This document shows, piece by piece, positions 48,544 to 58,837 of a DNA stretch of 64,000 nucleotides. The translations under genes and the position numbers were made by a program. The notes under the pieces were generated by a model. That model was not told the origin of the DNA, ran no database searches, and saw only the letters and a list, made by a program, of their open reading frames with translations. Origin of the DNA: Gammaproteobacteria bacterium. Lineage in GTDB: Bacteria > Pseudomonadota > Gammaproteobacteria > JAJDYQ01. Each line of letters begins with the position of its first letter. Position 1 is the first letter of the stretch. The stretch is taken from assembly GCA_963662865.1 (NCBI GenBank), contig OY759969.1, positions 2,287,742 to 2,351,741 on the forward strand, given 5' to 3'.

Positions 48544-49221
48544 ATGTTGAAAAAACCTGAACTGATTCTGATTGATGTCGATGGTACACTGGTTGACAGT
48601 CTCCCCGACCTCGCCCACTGCGTCAATTCCATGCTGTTTGAGCTCGGCATGGAAAGGCATCCCGAGGACAGGATTCGTGAATGGGTTGGCAATGGCGTTG
48701 AGCGCCTTACTCGCCGTGCACTGGCGGGCCAACTGAACGGTGAGCCGGACAACACCCTGTTCCACAAAGGTTATCCTCTGTTCCTTGACTGTTATGCCGA
48801 AAACACTTCCAGACGCAGCGCACTTTATCCGGGCATCCGTGAAGGAATCAATAAATTGCACTCACTTGGCTTCACTTTGGGCAGTGTTACCAACAAGGCC
48901 GCACAGTTCACGATTCCATTGCTAAAGGAACTGGACGTTTATGACGATTTCGCGGTTGTTATTGCCGGCGACACACTGGAAAAACAGAAACCCGATCCCG
49001 CGCCACTGCTGTATGCGGCGGAGCAGACGGGTACTGATCCGGAAAACTGTCTGATGGTGGGTGACTCCGTCAGTGACGTGAAAGCCGCACGTGCCGCAGG
49101 CTTCCAGATTGTCTGCATGCGTTATGGCTATAACCATGGCAATGATATCTGCGAAGCCAACCCGGACGCAGTCATTGATTCACTGGAGCAACTGGATACA
49201 CTGTTTACCGAGACACCATAA
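48544..49221 (+). CDS. gph: phosphoglycolate phosphatase (HAD superfamily)
   Basis: LILIDVDGTLVDS motif I and DSVSDV motif. Lies directly downstream of rpe, as is usual. Confidence 0.8.
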   Translation: MLKKPELILIDVDGTLVDSLPDLAHCVNSMLFELGMERHPEDRIREWVGNGVERLTRRALAGQLNGEPDNTLFHKGYPLFLDCYAENTSRRSALYPGIREGINKLHSLGFTLGSVTNKAAQFTIPLLKELDVYDDFAVVIAGDTLEKQKPDPAPLLYAAEQTGTDPENCLMVGDSVSDVKAARAAGFQIVCMRYGYNHGNDICEANPDAVIDSLEQLDTLFTETP

Positions 49222-49411
49222 AGCCTCCGGGGCATGTACTATTGCGCACATCCGCTTGCCCGGATATTTTTACCCTGTTTTGTGCCACCTGAGAAACCTC
49301 ACAGCAAGAAAGACAAACCGATGTTAGCCAAACAAACATATCGCCGGTGATGGTGAACACTGACTTCGGCCCACCCCCACCGCATCTTTTTAATAACGAC
49401 TGGATTGCCCC

Positions 49412-50902
49412 GTGAATAAAGAAGAATTCCTTGCTCTCGCTGAAAAGGGCTACAACAAAATACCGATAACCAGCGAAGTGCTCGCCGATCTTGAGACCCC
49501 GCTCAGTGCCTTTCTAAAGCTGGCGGCCCAGCCCAACACCTATCTGTTTGAATCAGTACAGGGCGGGGAAAAATGGGGGCGCTATTCCATTATTGGTCTT
49601 CCCTGTAACTCACGAATCGAGGTTTACGGAAACCGGGTGGACCTTGTTGTCGATGGGCAGGTTACTGAATCGGAAACCGTGGACGACCCTTTAGACTGGA
49701 TTGAGCAGCGGTACAACCGCTTCAACGTCGCTCCGACGGAAAGCGCGCCCCCATTTACCGGCGGACTGGTTGGATATTTCGGCTTCGATACCATTCGATA
49801 TATCGAGCCACGACTGGCCGGAGGGGAAAACAGGGATACCCTGGGTACGCCGGATATCGTGTTATTCATCTCCGAAGAGGTTGTCGTTTTTGACAACCGG
49901 CACGGTAAACTGTTTTTTGTCGTACTGGCCGATACCAATGCAACGGCTTACGACCGGTGTCAGGAACGATTGCATTTTCTCAGTAAGCAGCTTCGCGGTA
50001 ACTGTGAGGATTACCGCTGGATCAAGGAGGGCGAAGCTATCATCAGGGAAGAAGACTTCATATCGGAATTTACCCGGGATGAATTCAAGGCCGCCGTTGA
50101 CCGCGTCAAGCAATACATCAAATCCGGTGACGCCATGCAGGTCGTATTGTCGCAGCGCATGTCTATCCCGCTGAACGTCGCCGCTCTGGATGTTTATCGC
50201 GTCCTGAGGAGTTTGAATCCTTCCCCGTACATGTTCTATATTGACCTGGGCGACTTCCAGATTGCAGGTTCCTCTCCGGAAATTCTGACACGGGTTGAAA
50301 ACGGCATCGTTACCGTGCGCCCGATCGCGGGTACCCGTCCCCGAGGAAAGGATGAGGTGGAAGACAAGGCCCTGGAAAAAGAATTGCTCGCCGACCCCAA
50401 GGAGCTTGCCGAACACTTGATGCTCATTGACCTCGGACGGAACGATACGGGCCGCGTGAGTAAAATCGGCACGGTGCAGCTGACAGACCGGATGATCGTC
50501 GAACGCTATTCCCACGTCATGCACATCGTGTCCAATGTCACCGGTGAACTGGACAGGTCGCATAGCCTTATGGGTGCGCTGCGTGCCACGTTTCCGGCAG
50601 GGACCGTTAGTGGTGCGCCTAAAATCAGGGCACTCGAAATTATTGATGAACTTGAGCCGATTAAACGCGGGATTTATTCCGGTGCCGTCGGTTATCTATC
50701 GTGGAGCGGCAATATGGATACGGCTATCGCCCTGCGCACTGCGGTGGTGAAAGACAACCGCCTGACCATCCAGGCGGGTGCGGGTATTGTTGCCGACTCC
50801 GACCCCGGCAAAGAGTGGGAAGAAACCATGAACAAGGGACGCGCCATGTTCAGGGCGGTCGCACTGGCTGAATCAGGCTTTATGCCGAAAGGAGGTGAAT
50901 GA
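49412..50902 (+). CDS. trpE: anthranilate synthase component I
   Basis: LESV.GGE, the chorismate-binding C-terminal half [20 protein letters not shown]. 496 aa. Confidence 0.9.
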   Translation: MNKEEFLALAEKGYNKIPITSEVLADLETPLSAFLKLAAQPNTYLFESVQGGEKWGRYSIIGLPCNSRIEVYGNRVDLVVDGQVTESETVDDPLDWIEQRYNRFNVAPTESAPPFTGGLVGYFGFDTIRYIEPRLAGGENRDTLGTPDIVLFISEEVVVFDNRHGKLFFVVLADTNATAYDRCQERLHFLSKQLRGNCEDYRWIKEGEAIIREEDFISEFTRDEFKAAVDRVKQYIKSGDAMQVVLSQRMSIPLNVAALDVYRVLRSLNPSPYMFYIDLGDFQIAGSSPEILTRVENGIVTVRPIAGTRPRGKDEVEDKALEKELLADPKELAEHLMLIDLGRNDTGRVSKIGTVQLTDRMIVERYSHVMHIVSNVTGELDRSHSLMGALRATFPAGTVSGAPKIRALEIIDELEPIKRGIYSGAVGYLSWSGNMDTAIALRTAVVKDNRLTIQAGAGIVADSDPGKEWEETMNKGRAMFRAVALAESGFMPKGGE

Positions 50903-51480
50903 TGATTCTCATGATCGATAATTATGACTCATTCACCTATAATCTTGTGCAATATCTGGGCGAGCTGGGCGCACATACCGAGGTGTATCGCAACGACAGG
51001 ATTACGTTGGATGAAATCACCGAACTGGCTCCGGAAAAGATAGTGATTTCCCCGGGTCCGTGCACACCGAATGAAGCCGGCATATCCGTCGAAATAATCA
51101 AGCGGTTCGCAGGTAAAGTGCCGTTGCTCGGTGTTTGTCTGGGCCACCAGAGTATCGGGCAGGCATTTGGCGGCCACATCACCCGAGCCCGGCAGATCAT
51201 GCACGGCAAGACCTCAATGATTTATCACGACGATACCGGGCTGTTCAAAGGACTACCCAACCCTCTCCAGGCCACCCGCTACCACTCACTCATTATTGAG
51301 CAGTCCTCGCTGCCCGACAACCTTCGGGTCAACGCCTGGACACGTCTTGGAGACGGCTCAAGAGATGAGATTATGGGTGTCACACATAAAAATCATATCG
51401 TCATTGGCATACAGTTTCATCCGGAGTCCATCCTGACACCGGAAGGCCATGACATGTTGAGAAACTTTCTGGAGATGTGA
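50899..51480 (+). CDS. trpG: anthranilate synthase component II (glutamine amidotransferase)
   Basis: [19 protein letters not shown] ... GVCLGHQ ... HPES. Confidence 0.9.
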   Translation: MMILMIDNYDSFTYNLVQYLGELGAHTEVYRNDRITLDEITELAPEKIVISPGPCTPNEAGISVEIIKRFAGKVPLLGVCLGHQSIGQAFGGHITRARQIMHGKTSMIYHDDTGLFKGLPNPLQATRYHSLIIEQSSLPDNLRVNAWTRLGDGSRDEIMGVTHKNHIVIGIQFHPESILTPEGHDMLRNFLEM

Positions 51481-51489
51481 CAATACACC

Positions 51490-52135
51490 GCCACACAACC
51501 AGATAATCAAGCCAGACCAGCGAAAAAAGACTAGAACCTATCTCAAGTGTTATCCCAACTACAAAACGGTCCATCGGCGTTTTCAAAAATGGTGCGAAGA
51601 CCATGTGATTCGTGACATGATGGTGGAGCTTGTCAATACATTGAGAGCGCAAAATGACTTAAGATGAATTGGAATGTTTTATTGACGGCATGTTTTCTCC
51701 AGCCAAAGGTGGAGGCGAAGAAATTAGGTTGACCAAGCGCGGAAAAGGCATTAAAATCATGGCGATAGTGGACAAACACGGATTGCCTTTGTCGGTCAGT
51801 CCTCATGCGGCCAGTCACCATGAAGTGACATTAGTTCAACTGAGTTTTGATTTTTACATGATTGAGGCGAGGCCGGAAAAACTGATTGGAGATAAGTCGC
51901 TATGACAGCGCTCCGTTTGATGAAGAACTGGCAGAACAAGGAATAGAAATGATTGCGCCGCACAAGCGAAATCGAGTCAAGCCAAGTACTTAAAATGGGC
52001 GAAAACTCAGGCGCTATCAATGGCGCTGGTTGGCCGAATATTTTCGGTGGGAGTATTATGCTGCTAATTTCCTGGGCTTTGTTCAACTGGCTACTGTTAA
52101 TATCCTGCTTAAACAATTTTGATATAGGTCTTAAT
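51490..52135 (+). mobile_element. IS5-family DDE transposase gene remnant (frameshifted and 5'-truncated)
   Basis: Pieces in three frames: YKTVHRRFQKWCEDHVIRDMM; ECFIDGMFSPAKGGGEEIRLTKRGKGIKIMAIVDKHGLPLSVS...EARPEKLIGDKSYDS; [17 protein letters not shown]...RRYQWRWL. The IS5/IS1031-type C-terminal region carries a deletion relative to the second copy. Confidence 0.75.
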
Positions 52136-53219
52136 GGCAAGGAAGACGAGAAAAAGAATGTATTATATGCTGAAAAAAGCCTTATATCCATACTACGGCA
52201 TTAGAGTCACAATAAAGCGCTTGAATTATATATGGAAATTAGCGTTTTACCCGTTAATTATTCAAGTTGGGAGAAGAAAAGAGCCAGGCATAAATGAGAA
52301 TAAAAGTACACGAACAGTAAAAATTTTACATTGCTCCTCAAGAATAAATTTCACCACGTTAAAGAAGCAATTTAATACAGAAAAAGGATGGGGGAATATA
52401 GAATTCACAACAGACAGATATGCTGATTATTATCTTATAGTGGATCATCCGCTGAATGGTCAACTGTCATACTACAATCCGAAGCGAACGTTGCTTTATT
52501 TTGGAGAGCCTTCAGGATCTTCAATGCCAATGTTTAGAAGAATGTTCATGAAGGCATGGAGCGAGCTTGATAAAGAAAGCTTTTTTCATGTGTCACAAAT
52601 GCCGCACAGACGAATGTTTACGATCTGGCATCTCTCAAAGTCATACCATTGGTTGAAAGAAAACTCAATCCGTAAAACAAAGGTGTGTTCCACGGTAACA
52701 TCAGATCAGAGCCTGCTTCCTCTTCATAAAAAAAGATTGCAGTTCGTCACAATGCTGGATGAGCAGATCAGCATAGACATATATGGAAAAGTGAACAGGT
52801 TCAGGTCGCCACTAAAAGCCTGTTCGCAATATCAAGGGGAACTGCCGCCTATTGGAAAAGACAAAGGACTGTTTCCATACAAATATCATTTTGCTTCTGA
52901 GAACAACATTGAAGATAATTACATTACGGAGAAGCTAACGGATGCAATTCTGGCGGAGTGTTTATGCTTTTATTATGGGACGAAGACAGCTAAAGACTGG
53001 ATAGATAGCGAGGCATTTATCCATATAGATATAATGAGGCCTGCTGAGGCGATTAGCCTTATAAAAAAGGCAATTGAAAATAAAGAGTGGGAAAAGCGCA
53101 TCCACATTATACGCAAAGAAAAGCAGAAAATACTGGATGAAATGCAGCTATTTGCTGACATTGAGAATGTAATAAATCACAATGAAAAATTTATGCAGTA
53201 TAAAAAATTGAGAAAGTAA
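52134..53219 (+). CDS. GT10-family alpha-1,3-fucosyltransferase-like glycosyltransferase (AT-rich cargo between IS remnants)
   Basis: YHFASENNIEDNYITEKLTDAILAECLCFYYGTKTAKDWIDSEAFIHI matches the conserved FxxxFENSxxxxYxTEK block of alpha-1,3-fucosyltransferases such as the H. pylori FutA motif FENSQGYGYVTEKIIDAYFSHTIPIYWG. The true start may be an internal Met at about 52161. Confidence 0.7.
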   Translation: MARKTRKRMYYMLKKALYPYYGIRVTIKRLNYIWKLAFYPLIIQVGRRKEPGINENKSTRTVKILHCSSRINFTTLKKQFNTEKGWGNIEFTTDRYADYYLIVDHPLNGQLSYYNPKRTLLYFGEPSGSSMPMFRRMFMKAWSELDKESFFHVSQMPHRRMFTIWHLSKSYHWLKENSIRKTKVCSTVTSDQSLLPLHKKRLQFVTMLDEQISIDIYGKVNRFRSPLKACSQYQGELPPIGKDKGLFPYKYHFASENNIEDNYITEKLTDAILAECLCFYYGTKTAKDWIDSEAFIHIDIMRPAEAISLIKKAIENKEWEKRIHIIRKEKQKILDEMQLFADIENVINHNEKFMQYKKLRK

Positions 53220-53295
53220 ATGATGTGATAATTGATATTGATTGTAAAAAATAGAAGAAGGTTTGTGGGGGATGAGGAGGTCCTATAGTATCTAT

Positions 53296-53640
53296 GATTT
53301 TTCAAAACACTTTTGAGTTTTGATTTTTACATGATTGAGGCGAAGCCGGAAAAACTGATTGGAGATAAGGCCTATGACAGCGATCCGCTTAATGTAAGGG
53401 CTGGCAGAACAAGGAATAGAAATGATTGCGCCACACAAGAGAAATCAAGTTAAGCCAAGTACTCAAGATGAACGAAAGCTCAGGCGCTATCAGCGCCGCT
53501 GGTTGGTTGAACGTTTTTTTGCCTGGATACAATGGCAAAGACGCTTCCTTGTTCGATGGGAATATCATGCTGCCAATTTCCTGGGCTTTGTTCAACTGGC
53601 TACTGTTAATATCCTGCTTAAACAATTTTGAGATAGGCTC
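53296..53640 (+). mobile_element. second, partial copy of the IS5-family transposase 3' end (direct repeat of 51850..52135)
   Basis: [74 protein letters not shown] is about 88% identical to the first copy and ends 5 bp before the trpD ATG. Confidence 0.75.
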
Positions 53641-53644
53641 TACT

Positions 53645-54670
53645 ATGAATTTACAACAAGCTATTGCGACCGTCATTGACGGACGGGACCTGTCGCACGA
53701 CGACATGAAAAATGTCATGCGTCTCATCATGACCGGCGAGGCAACCGCGGCCCAGATCGGTGGTTTCCTGATTGGTCTGCGCATGAAAGGGGAAACAGTG
53801 GACGAGATCGCGGCGGCGGCGAAGGTGATGCGCGACCTCGCACACAAGGTTGATGTTTCCGGTGACCATATTGTCGATATTGTCGGCACCGGCGGCGACG
53901 GTTCCGGCACATTCAATATCTCCACGGCCTCCTGTTTTGTGGTTGCTGCGGCAGGCGGCAAGGTCGCCAAACACGGCAACCGTTCAATCTCCAGCAAGTC
54001 CGGCAGTGCCGATTTACTCGAAGCTGCCGGCGTCAACCTCGATCTGACCCCTGAACAGATCGAACAATGTATCGAACGGGTCGGTGTTGGTTTTATGTTT
54101 GCCCCCAGGCACCATAGCGCCATGAAACATGCGATCGGCCCTCGTAAAGAAATGGGGGTGCGCACCATATTCAATATCCTGGGACCGCTCACCAATCCCG
54201 CCGATGTGCCTAATCTGGTCATGGGCGTCTTTTCTCGAAAACTGGTGGAACCACTGGCGCACGTATTCAAGGCATTGGGCAGCAACCACGTCATGGTCGT
54301 GCATTCGGATGATGGGCTGGATGAAATCAGCACTGCCGCCAATACCCATGTTGCCGAATTGAGAAATGGTGAAATCACCACCTGGGAGATTGACCCCGCT
54401 GATTATGGATGCCAGGCCGACAGCCTTGAACCAATCAAAGTGGAGAGTGCAGAGGAAAGTCTCGAGCTGGTGTACTTGGTACTGGCCGGCAAGCCGGGCC
54501 CCGCGCTGGACATCGTTGTACTTAACGCCGGAGCCGCAATCTACGTCTCAGGCCTTGCGGATTCCATGGCAGCCGGCGTTGCCAGGGCGCGAGAGGTTAT
54601 TGAGTCGGAAGATGCCGCAGAAAAAATGGCGCAGCTTGTTTCCGTATCCAACATGTCTGCCGTCGTATAG
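53645..54670 (+). CDS. trpD: anthranilate phosphoribosyltransferase
   Basis: [51 protein letters not shown] ... [17 protein letters not shown]. The upstream part of the track ORF is the IS fragment in frame. Confidence 0.9.
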   Translation: MNLQQAIATVIDGRDLSHDDMKNVMRLIMTGEATAAQIGGFLIGLRMKGETVDEIAAAAKVMRDLAHKVDVSGDHIVDIVGTGGDGSGTFNISTASCFVVAAAGGKVAKHGNRSISSKSGSADLLEAAGVNLDLTPEQIEQCIERVGVGFMFAPRHHSAMKHAIGPRKEMGVRTIFNILGPLTNPADVPNLVMGVFSRKLVEPLAHVFKALGSNHVMVVHSDDGLDEISTAANTHVAELRNGEITTWEIDPADYGCQADSLEPIKVESAEESLELVYLVLAGKPGPALDIVVLNAGAAIYVSGLADSMAAGVARAREVIESEDAAEKMAQLVSVSNMSAVV

Positions 54671-55016
54671 GTGCCGGAACAGACTGATTCATGCTGCGCA
54701 ATTACTCCGGTGCAGACCGGAGCGTGTCAGATGGGGAGATACTCGTCTGCAAGGTGTACAGACCATCATCAAGAGGTAAAAGGGGGGTGTTTTCTGAGAG
54801 CCACGATAACGACTTCCTCTTCGGTTGCCGGTACCATGGAACGGGCATCCTGCGGCCCCGGCCCGATGTCTTCAACACTGTGGCGTTTGCGCCACTTCGC
54901 CGCGGCCTCTTCATTGATGCCATAGCGCTGACTTAACTCTTTGAGCAAAGCCGTTGATCACTGTATTGACGTTCGGATCACATATGTTGTCGTGGTGCTT
55001 GCATGTAATAGCTGAC

Positions 55017-55913
55017 CTATAAATCCTCCTGTTCAAATGGCTTAAAAAACTTGGGATCAATATCATAAGTTGTACGAGGCTTTACACCCAATTCTAGTTT
55101 TTCAAACATCTCCACTAGCTTCTCGCCATCTACCAGTTCTATTGGCCGAGCGCCATCGCGCATGGCTTCTCTTTTTGCATCAGATGTAAAACTTCCGGTG
55201 GTGAGCACTATGCCTTTTTCGGCGCGCCCCTCCATTGCGCCGCGAAAATCGCGTATTTGCGACGAGGTAACACTGCCTTTATATCGCTTACATTGGAACA
55301 CTACCTGGAAGCTGACGAGCGGATTAATCTGCAGGATCCCATTACCATCTATGCCTCCATCACCTGACCGACCGGTTACTTCCACGTTTTCGAAACCTGC
55401 TTCCCTTAAAAGCCTTTGGCATACACGCTCAAAACCAAAGGATGGTAGAGATTTTAATATTCTGAGTAATTCCTCTCTGTAGCTCGTATCCGACATATCA
55501 GAAAAAATAGTTTCATCGGATTTCTGTGAAAAATTTTGTTCATGATTATCTGTAGATTTTCTTGTTTTCGTCTTCGCTGATGCGTTTCTAGTACTTTTAG
55601 TAATTTCTTCTATCTCTTCTTCAGATAGTTGGTGAGCACGCTGCCCCTTTTCTGTTAAAGCCCAAACTCCCCTTGGCGAGGAATTATCAAGATAACCCGT
55701 TTTAACCAAATGAAATCTTGCCCAGTGAACTTGATCTTTATAATGGGATTGACCATTTTTTAGCGTTTTATCAAGAACATCATCACTTAAAGATAGATCA
55801 TTAGCAATTCTTGCGCAGACTTCATCTGGTCTAGCAGATCCTCCCAATTTCTTCAGCGCGGATATAAGTGGATTCATGTAAACTGCAAACGCTGGTCCAG
55901 CCATTCTTACCAT
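55017..55913 (-). CDS. mrr: Mrr-family restriction endonuclease (N-terminal winged helix plus Mrr catalytic domain)
   Basis: FERVCQRLLREAGFENVEVTGRSGDGGIDGNGIL ... QCKRY ... catalytic core of the Mrr_cat type. AT-rich. Lies between trpD and trpC on the opposite strand. Confidence 0.75.
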   Translation of the reverse strand: MVRMAGPAFAVYMNPLISALKKLGGSARPDEVCARIANDLSLSDDVLDKTLKNGQSHYKDQVHWARFHLVKTGYLDNSSPRGVWALTEKGQRAHQLSEEEIEEITKSTRNASAKTKTRKSTDNHEQNFSQKSDETIFSDMSDTSYREELLRILKSLPSFGFERVCQRLLREAGFENVEVTGRSGDGGIDGNGILQINPLVSFQVVFQCKRYKGSVTSSQIRDFRGAMEGRAEKGIVLTTGSFTSDAKREAMRDGARPIELVDGEKLVEMFEKLELGVKPRTTYDIDPKFFKPFEQEDL

Positions 55914-56206
55914 TCCTCTGGGTTAATAGGCATAACTATTAATAGTATGGCCTAGCCTACCACAAAATGCGAATAGGCGCAAAAATCGTGTGCTAAAATG
56001 ATTCACTCGCTTCTAGCCCAAAATATATTTATATTAAAGTGTCTGCTTCAACGCAAAATCAGGCCCGGGATGCCATCTTTCCCGCATGGGCTGGCTGATG
56101 GGCCAGTCAATACAATAGCATATGACCACACAAGGGGCTGGGATTACAAGCCCGAATGCGGTACATTGTCAGCAGAGAAAATGCAATATGTAGGAGATTT
56201 ATACAC

Positions 56207-57004
56207 ATGCCCGATACGCCTGATATCCTGCTGAAAATACTTGACTGCAAGCGCCAGGAGATTGCCGCACGCAGCGCATCTATATCGCTGGCCGATCTGG
56301 AAGCAAAGACAGGTCAGGCACCTCGGCCACGCGGCTTTGTTGCCGCAATACGGCGCTCCGTTGCCGATGGCCGTGCGGCCGTTATTGCCGAAGCAAAGAG
56401 GGCATCACCCAGTAATGGTATCGTGCGGAGAGATTTTGATATCGTGCAGATTGCCAAAAGCTACCAGGCCGGCGGTGCCAGTTGCATGTCGGTCCTCACC
56501 GACAAAGACTTCTTCCAGGGCAGCGACGACTATCTGAAACAGGCGCGTACAGCCTGCGACCTGCCGCTGATACGCAAAGACTTTATTATTGATCCTTACC
56601 AGGTCCATGAGGCACGCATCATAGGGGCTGACTGTATTTTACTGATTGCCGAGGCCCTCGAAGATGCACAAATGGCCGAATTGACTCGGCTCGCAGGGCA
56701 ATTGGAACTGGACGTGCTGATTGAAGCCCATGACGGTAATGAACTGGAGCGTGCGCTGCAACTCGACCAGACCCTGGTAGGTATCAATAATCGCAACCTG
56801 CATACCTTCAAAACAACACTGGACACCACCATCAACCTGCTTGATCAGGTCCCCAAAGATCGGATTGTTGTTACCGAAAGTGGTATTCATACACGGGAAG
56901 ACGTAAAACGGATGCAGGATAATAATGTGAACGCCTTTTTGGTTGGAGAGGCATTTATGCGGGTGCCTGAACCGGGAGAGAAATTGAGAGAACTGTTCTT
57001 TTGA
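56207..57004 (+). CDS. trpC: indole-3-glycerol phosphate synthase
   Basis: [15 protein letters not shown] ... [13 protein letters not shown] ... LIGINNRNL. Confidence 0.9.
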   Translation: MPDTPDILLKILDCKRQEIAARSASISLADLEAKTGQAPRPRGFVAAIRRSVADGRAAVIAEAKRASPSNGIVRRDFDIVQIAKSYQAGGASCMSVLTDKDFFQGSDDYLKQARTACDLPLIRKDFIIDPYQVHEARIIGADCILLIAEALEDAQMAELTRLAGQLELDVLIEAHDGNELERALQLDQTLVGINNRNLHTFKTTLDTTINLLDQVPKDRIVVTESGIHTREDVKRMQDNNVNAFLVGEAFMRVPEPGEKLRELFF

Positions 57005-57132
57005 TGTTTCCGGCTCGATGTGCCTTTGCAATCAACATAAAAAACTCTCCGGGCTGCCGGATAACATATGTGCCATGCCAGGAAAATACCAGGTAATCGA
57101 TATTATAAGAGAACAGTAAGGCACGAAAAATC

Positions 57133-57861
57133 ATGGGTTGCAAAGATACGATCTACGACAAGCCGACGGGCGAACCAGGCTCATTTGTCTTCAATGAAGC
57201 AGTCGCACGAGTTTTTCCCGACATGATAAGGCGTTCGGTTCCCGGTTATGCGAGTGCCATTGCCGGTACCGGGCTGATTAGCGGTGATTACATACAGCCG
57301 AAGTCCAATGCCTACGACCTCGGCTGTGCTGTGGGTGCGTCCACTCTCGCCATGCTACAGCATATTACGTGTGATGATTTCAGTATTATTGCGATTGACA
57401 ACTCGCCGGACATGATCGAACGCTGCCAGGAAAATATTCAAGATTCCAGCAATACAGACAGAGTCAGCTACCGGTGTGAAGACATGCTCGACATGGATAT
57501 CAGCAATGCGTCGGTTGTGGTGCTGAACTATACTCTGCAATTTATTCCGCCGGAGCGGCGCACTGCTCTGCTTGTAAAAATCTACATGGGTATGAGACCA
57601 GGCGGTGTTCTTGTGCTCTCGGAAAAAATAGCCTTCGATAACAAGGCCGAACAAATCCGGCAAACGGCCCTGCATGAATCCTTCAAGCGTGCCCAGGGTT
57701 ATTCCGAGCTGGAGATCAGCCGGAAACGTGCGGCACTGGAAAATATTCTGACTCCGGAATCATGCGCCACTCATCTTGGTCGATTAAACGGCATCGGCTT
57801 CCATGACGCGCAACTCTGGTTTCGCAGTATTAACTTCGCTTCCATGCTGGCATGGAAATAG
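57133..57861 (+). CDS. cmoA: carboxy-S-adenosyl-L-methionine synthase
   Basis: FNEAVARVFPDMIRRSVPGY ... DLGCAVGAST. 242 aa. Confidence 0.85.
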   Translation: MGCKDTIYDKPTGEPGSFVFNEAVARVFPDMIRRSVPGYASAIAGTGLISGDYIQPKSNAYDLGCAVGASTLAMLQHITCDDFSIIAIDNSPDMIERCQENIQDSSNTDRVSYRCEDMLDMDISNASVVVLNYTLQFIPPERRTALLVKIYMGMRPGGVLVLSEKIAFDNKAEQIRQTALHESFKRAQGYSELEISRKRAALENILTPESCATHLGRLNGIGFHDAQLWFRSINFASMLAWK

Positions 57862-58826
57862 TTGACTTCAAACATCTGAACCAGATACTAAAGGACCACG
57901 ATCTATGGGGATGGGGATATGATATTGAAAGAATTAGCAGGCGGTTTTTAGAAAATAATCCACACGGGCACACATCTATCTGGCTGGAAACCATCAGTAA
58001 ATTTCCTCAACTCAATATAACCGGCAGAGATATAAACAGCCCTGCCATTACCGTTCGTACCGAACAGGACTTTGACCGCGAATCTCTGGAAACGGAACTG
58101 AGAAGGATGCTTCCTTGGCGCAAGGGGCCTTTTGATATTCATGGAATTTACATGGATACCGAATGGCGCTCCGACTGGAAATGGCAGCGACTGATCGGAG
58201 ACATTACACCGCTTGCAGGACGAAAGGTTCTTGATATTGGCTGTGGCAATGGCTACTACCTGTGGCGTATGCTGGGGGCCGGTGCACGTTGCGCGCTGGG
58301 CGTTGATCCGGTGCGCCTGTTTGTCGCACAATTTCAGGCCATACGACATTTTATGGGCAGAGACCTGCCTGCCGCCATACTGCCCACCGGCATCGACGAA
58401 CTGCCTTTTCATATGCCGGCGTTTGACACCATATTTTCAATGGGTGTGCTCTATCACCGCCGCGACCCTCGGGCACATATCGAACGACTCAAATCGCTGC
58501 TGCTTTCCGGTGGGGAACTGATACTCGAAACCCTGATTATCGAGAATGATGACATATCCATACTTAAACCCGCGGGACGCTATGCCAAAATGCGCAATGT
58601 ACACAGGATTCCGTCAATACCATTGTTGCAGCAATGGCTGAAAAATATCGGCATGCAAAATATCAGAATAATTGATATTTCACCGACCACGCCGAACGAA
58701 CAACGAACAACCGGCTGGATGCCATTTGAGTCATTAAAGGATTTTCTCGACCTGGCGGACCCATCAAAAACCATAGAAGGCTATCCCGCACCGGTTCGCG
58801 CCATTATCGCGGCAACTGGGGAATAG
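57852..58826 (+). CDS. cmoB: tRNA U34 carboxymethyltransferase
   Basis: Overlaps cmoA by 10 nt. VLDIGCGNGYYLWRMLGAGA. 324 aa. Confidence 0.85.
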   Translation: MEIVDFKHLNQILKDHDLWGWGYDIERISRRFLENNPHGHTSIWLETISKFPQLNITGRDINSPAITVRTEQDFDRESLETELRRMLPWRKGPFDIHGIYMDTEWRSDWKWQRLIGDITPLAGRKVLDIGCGNGYYLWRMLGAGARCALGVDPVRLFVAQFQAIRHFMGRDLPAAILPTGIDELPFHMPAFDTIFSMGVLYHRRDPRAHIERLKSLLLSGGELILETLIIENDDISILKPAGRYAKMRNVHRIPSIPLLQQWLKNIGMQNIRIIDISPTTPNEQRTTGWMPFESLKDFLDLADPSKTIEGYPAPVRAIIAATGE

Positions 58827-58837
58827 CTCGTCAGCGG

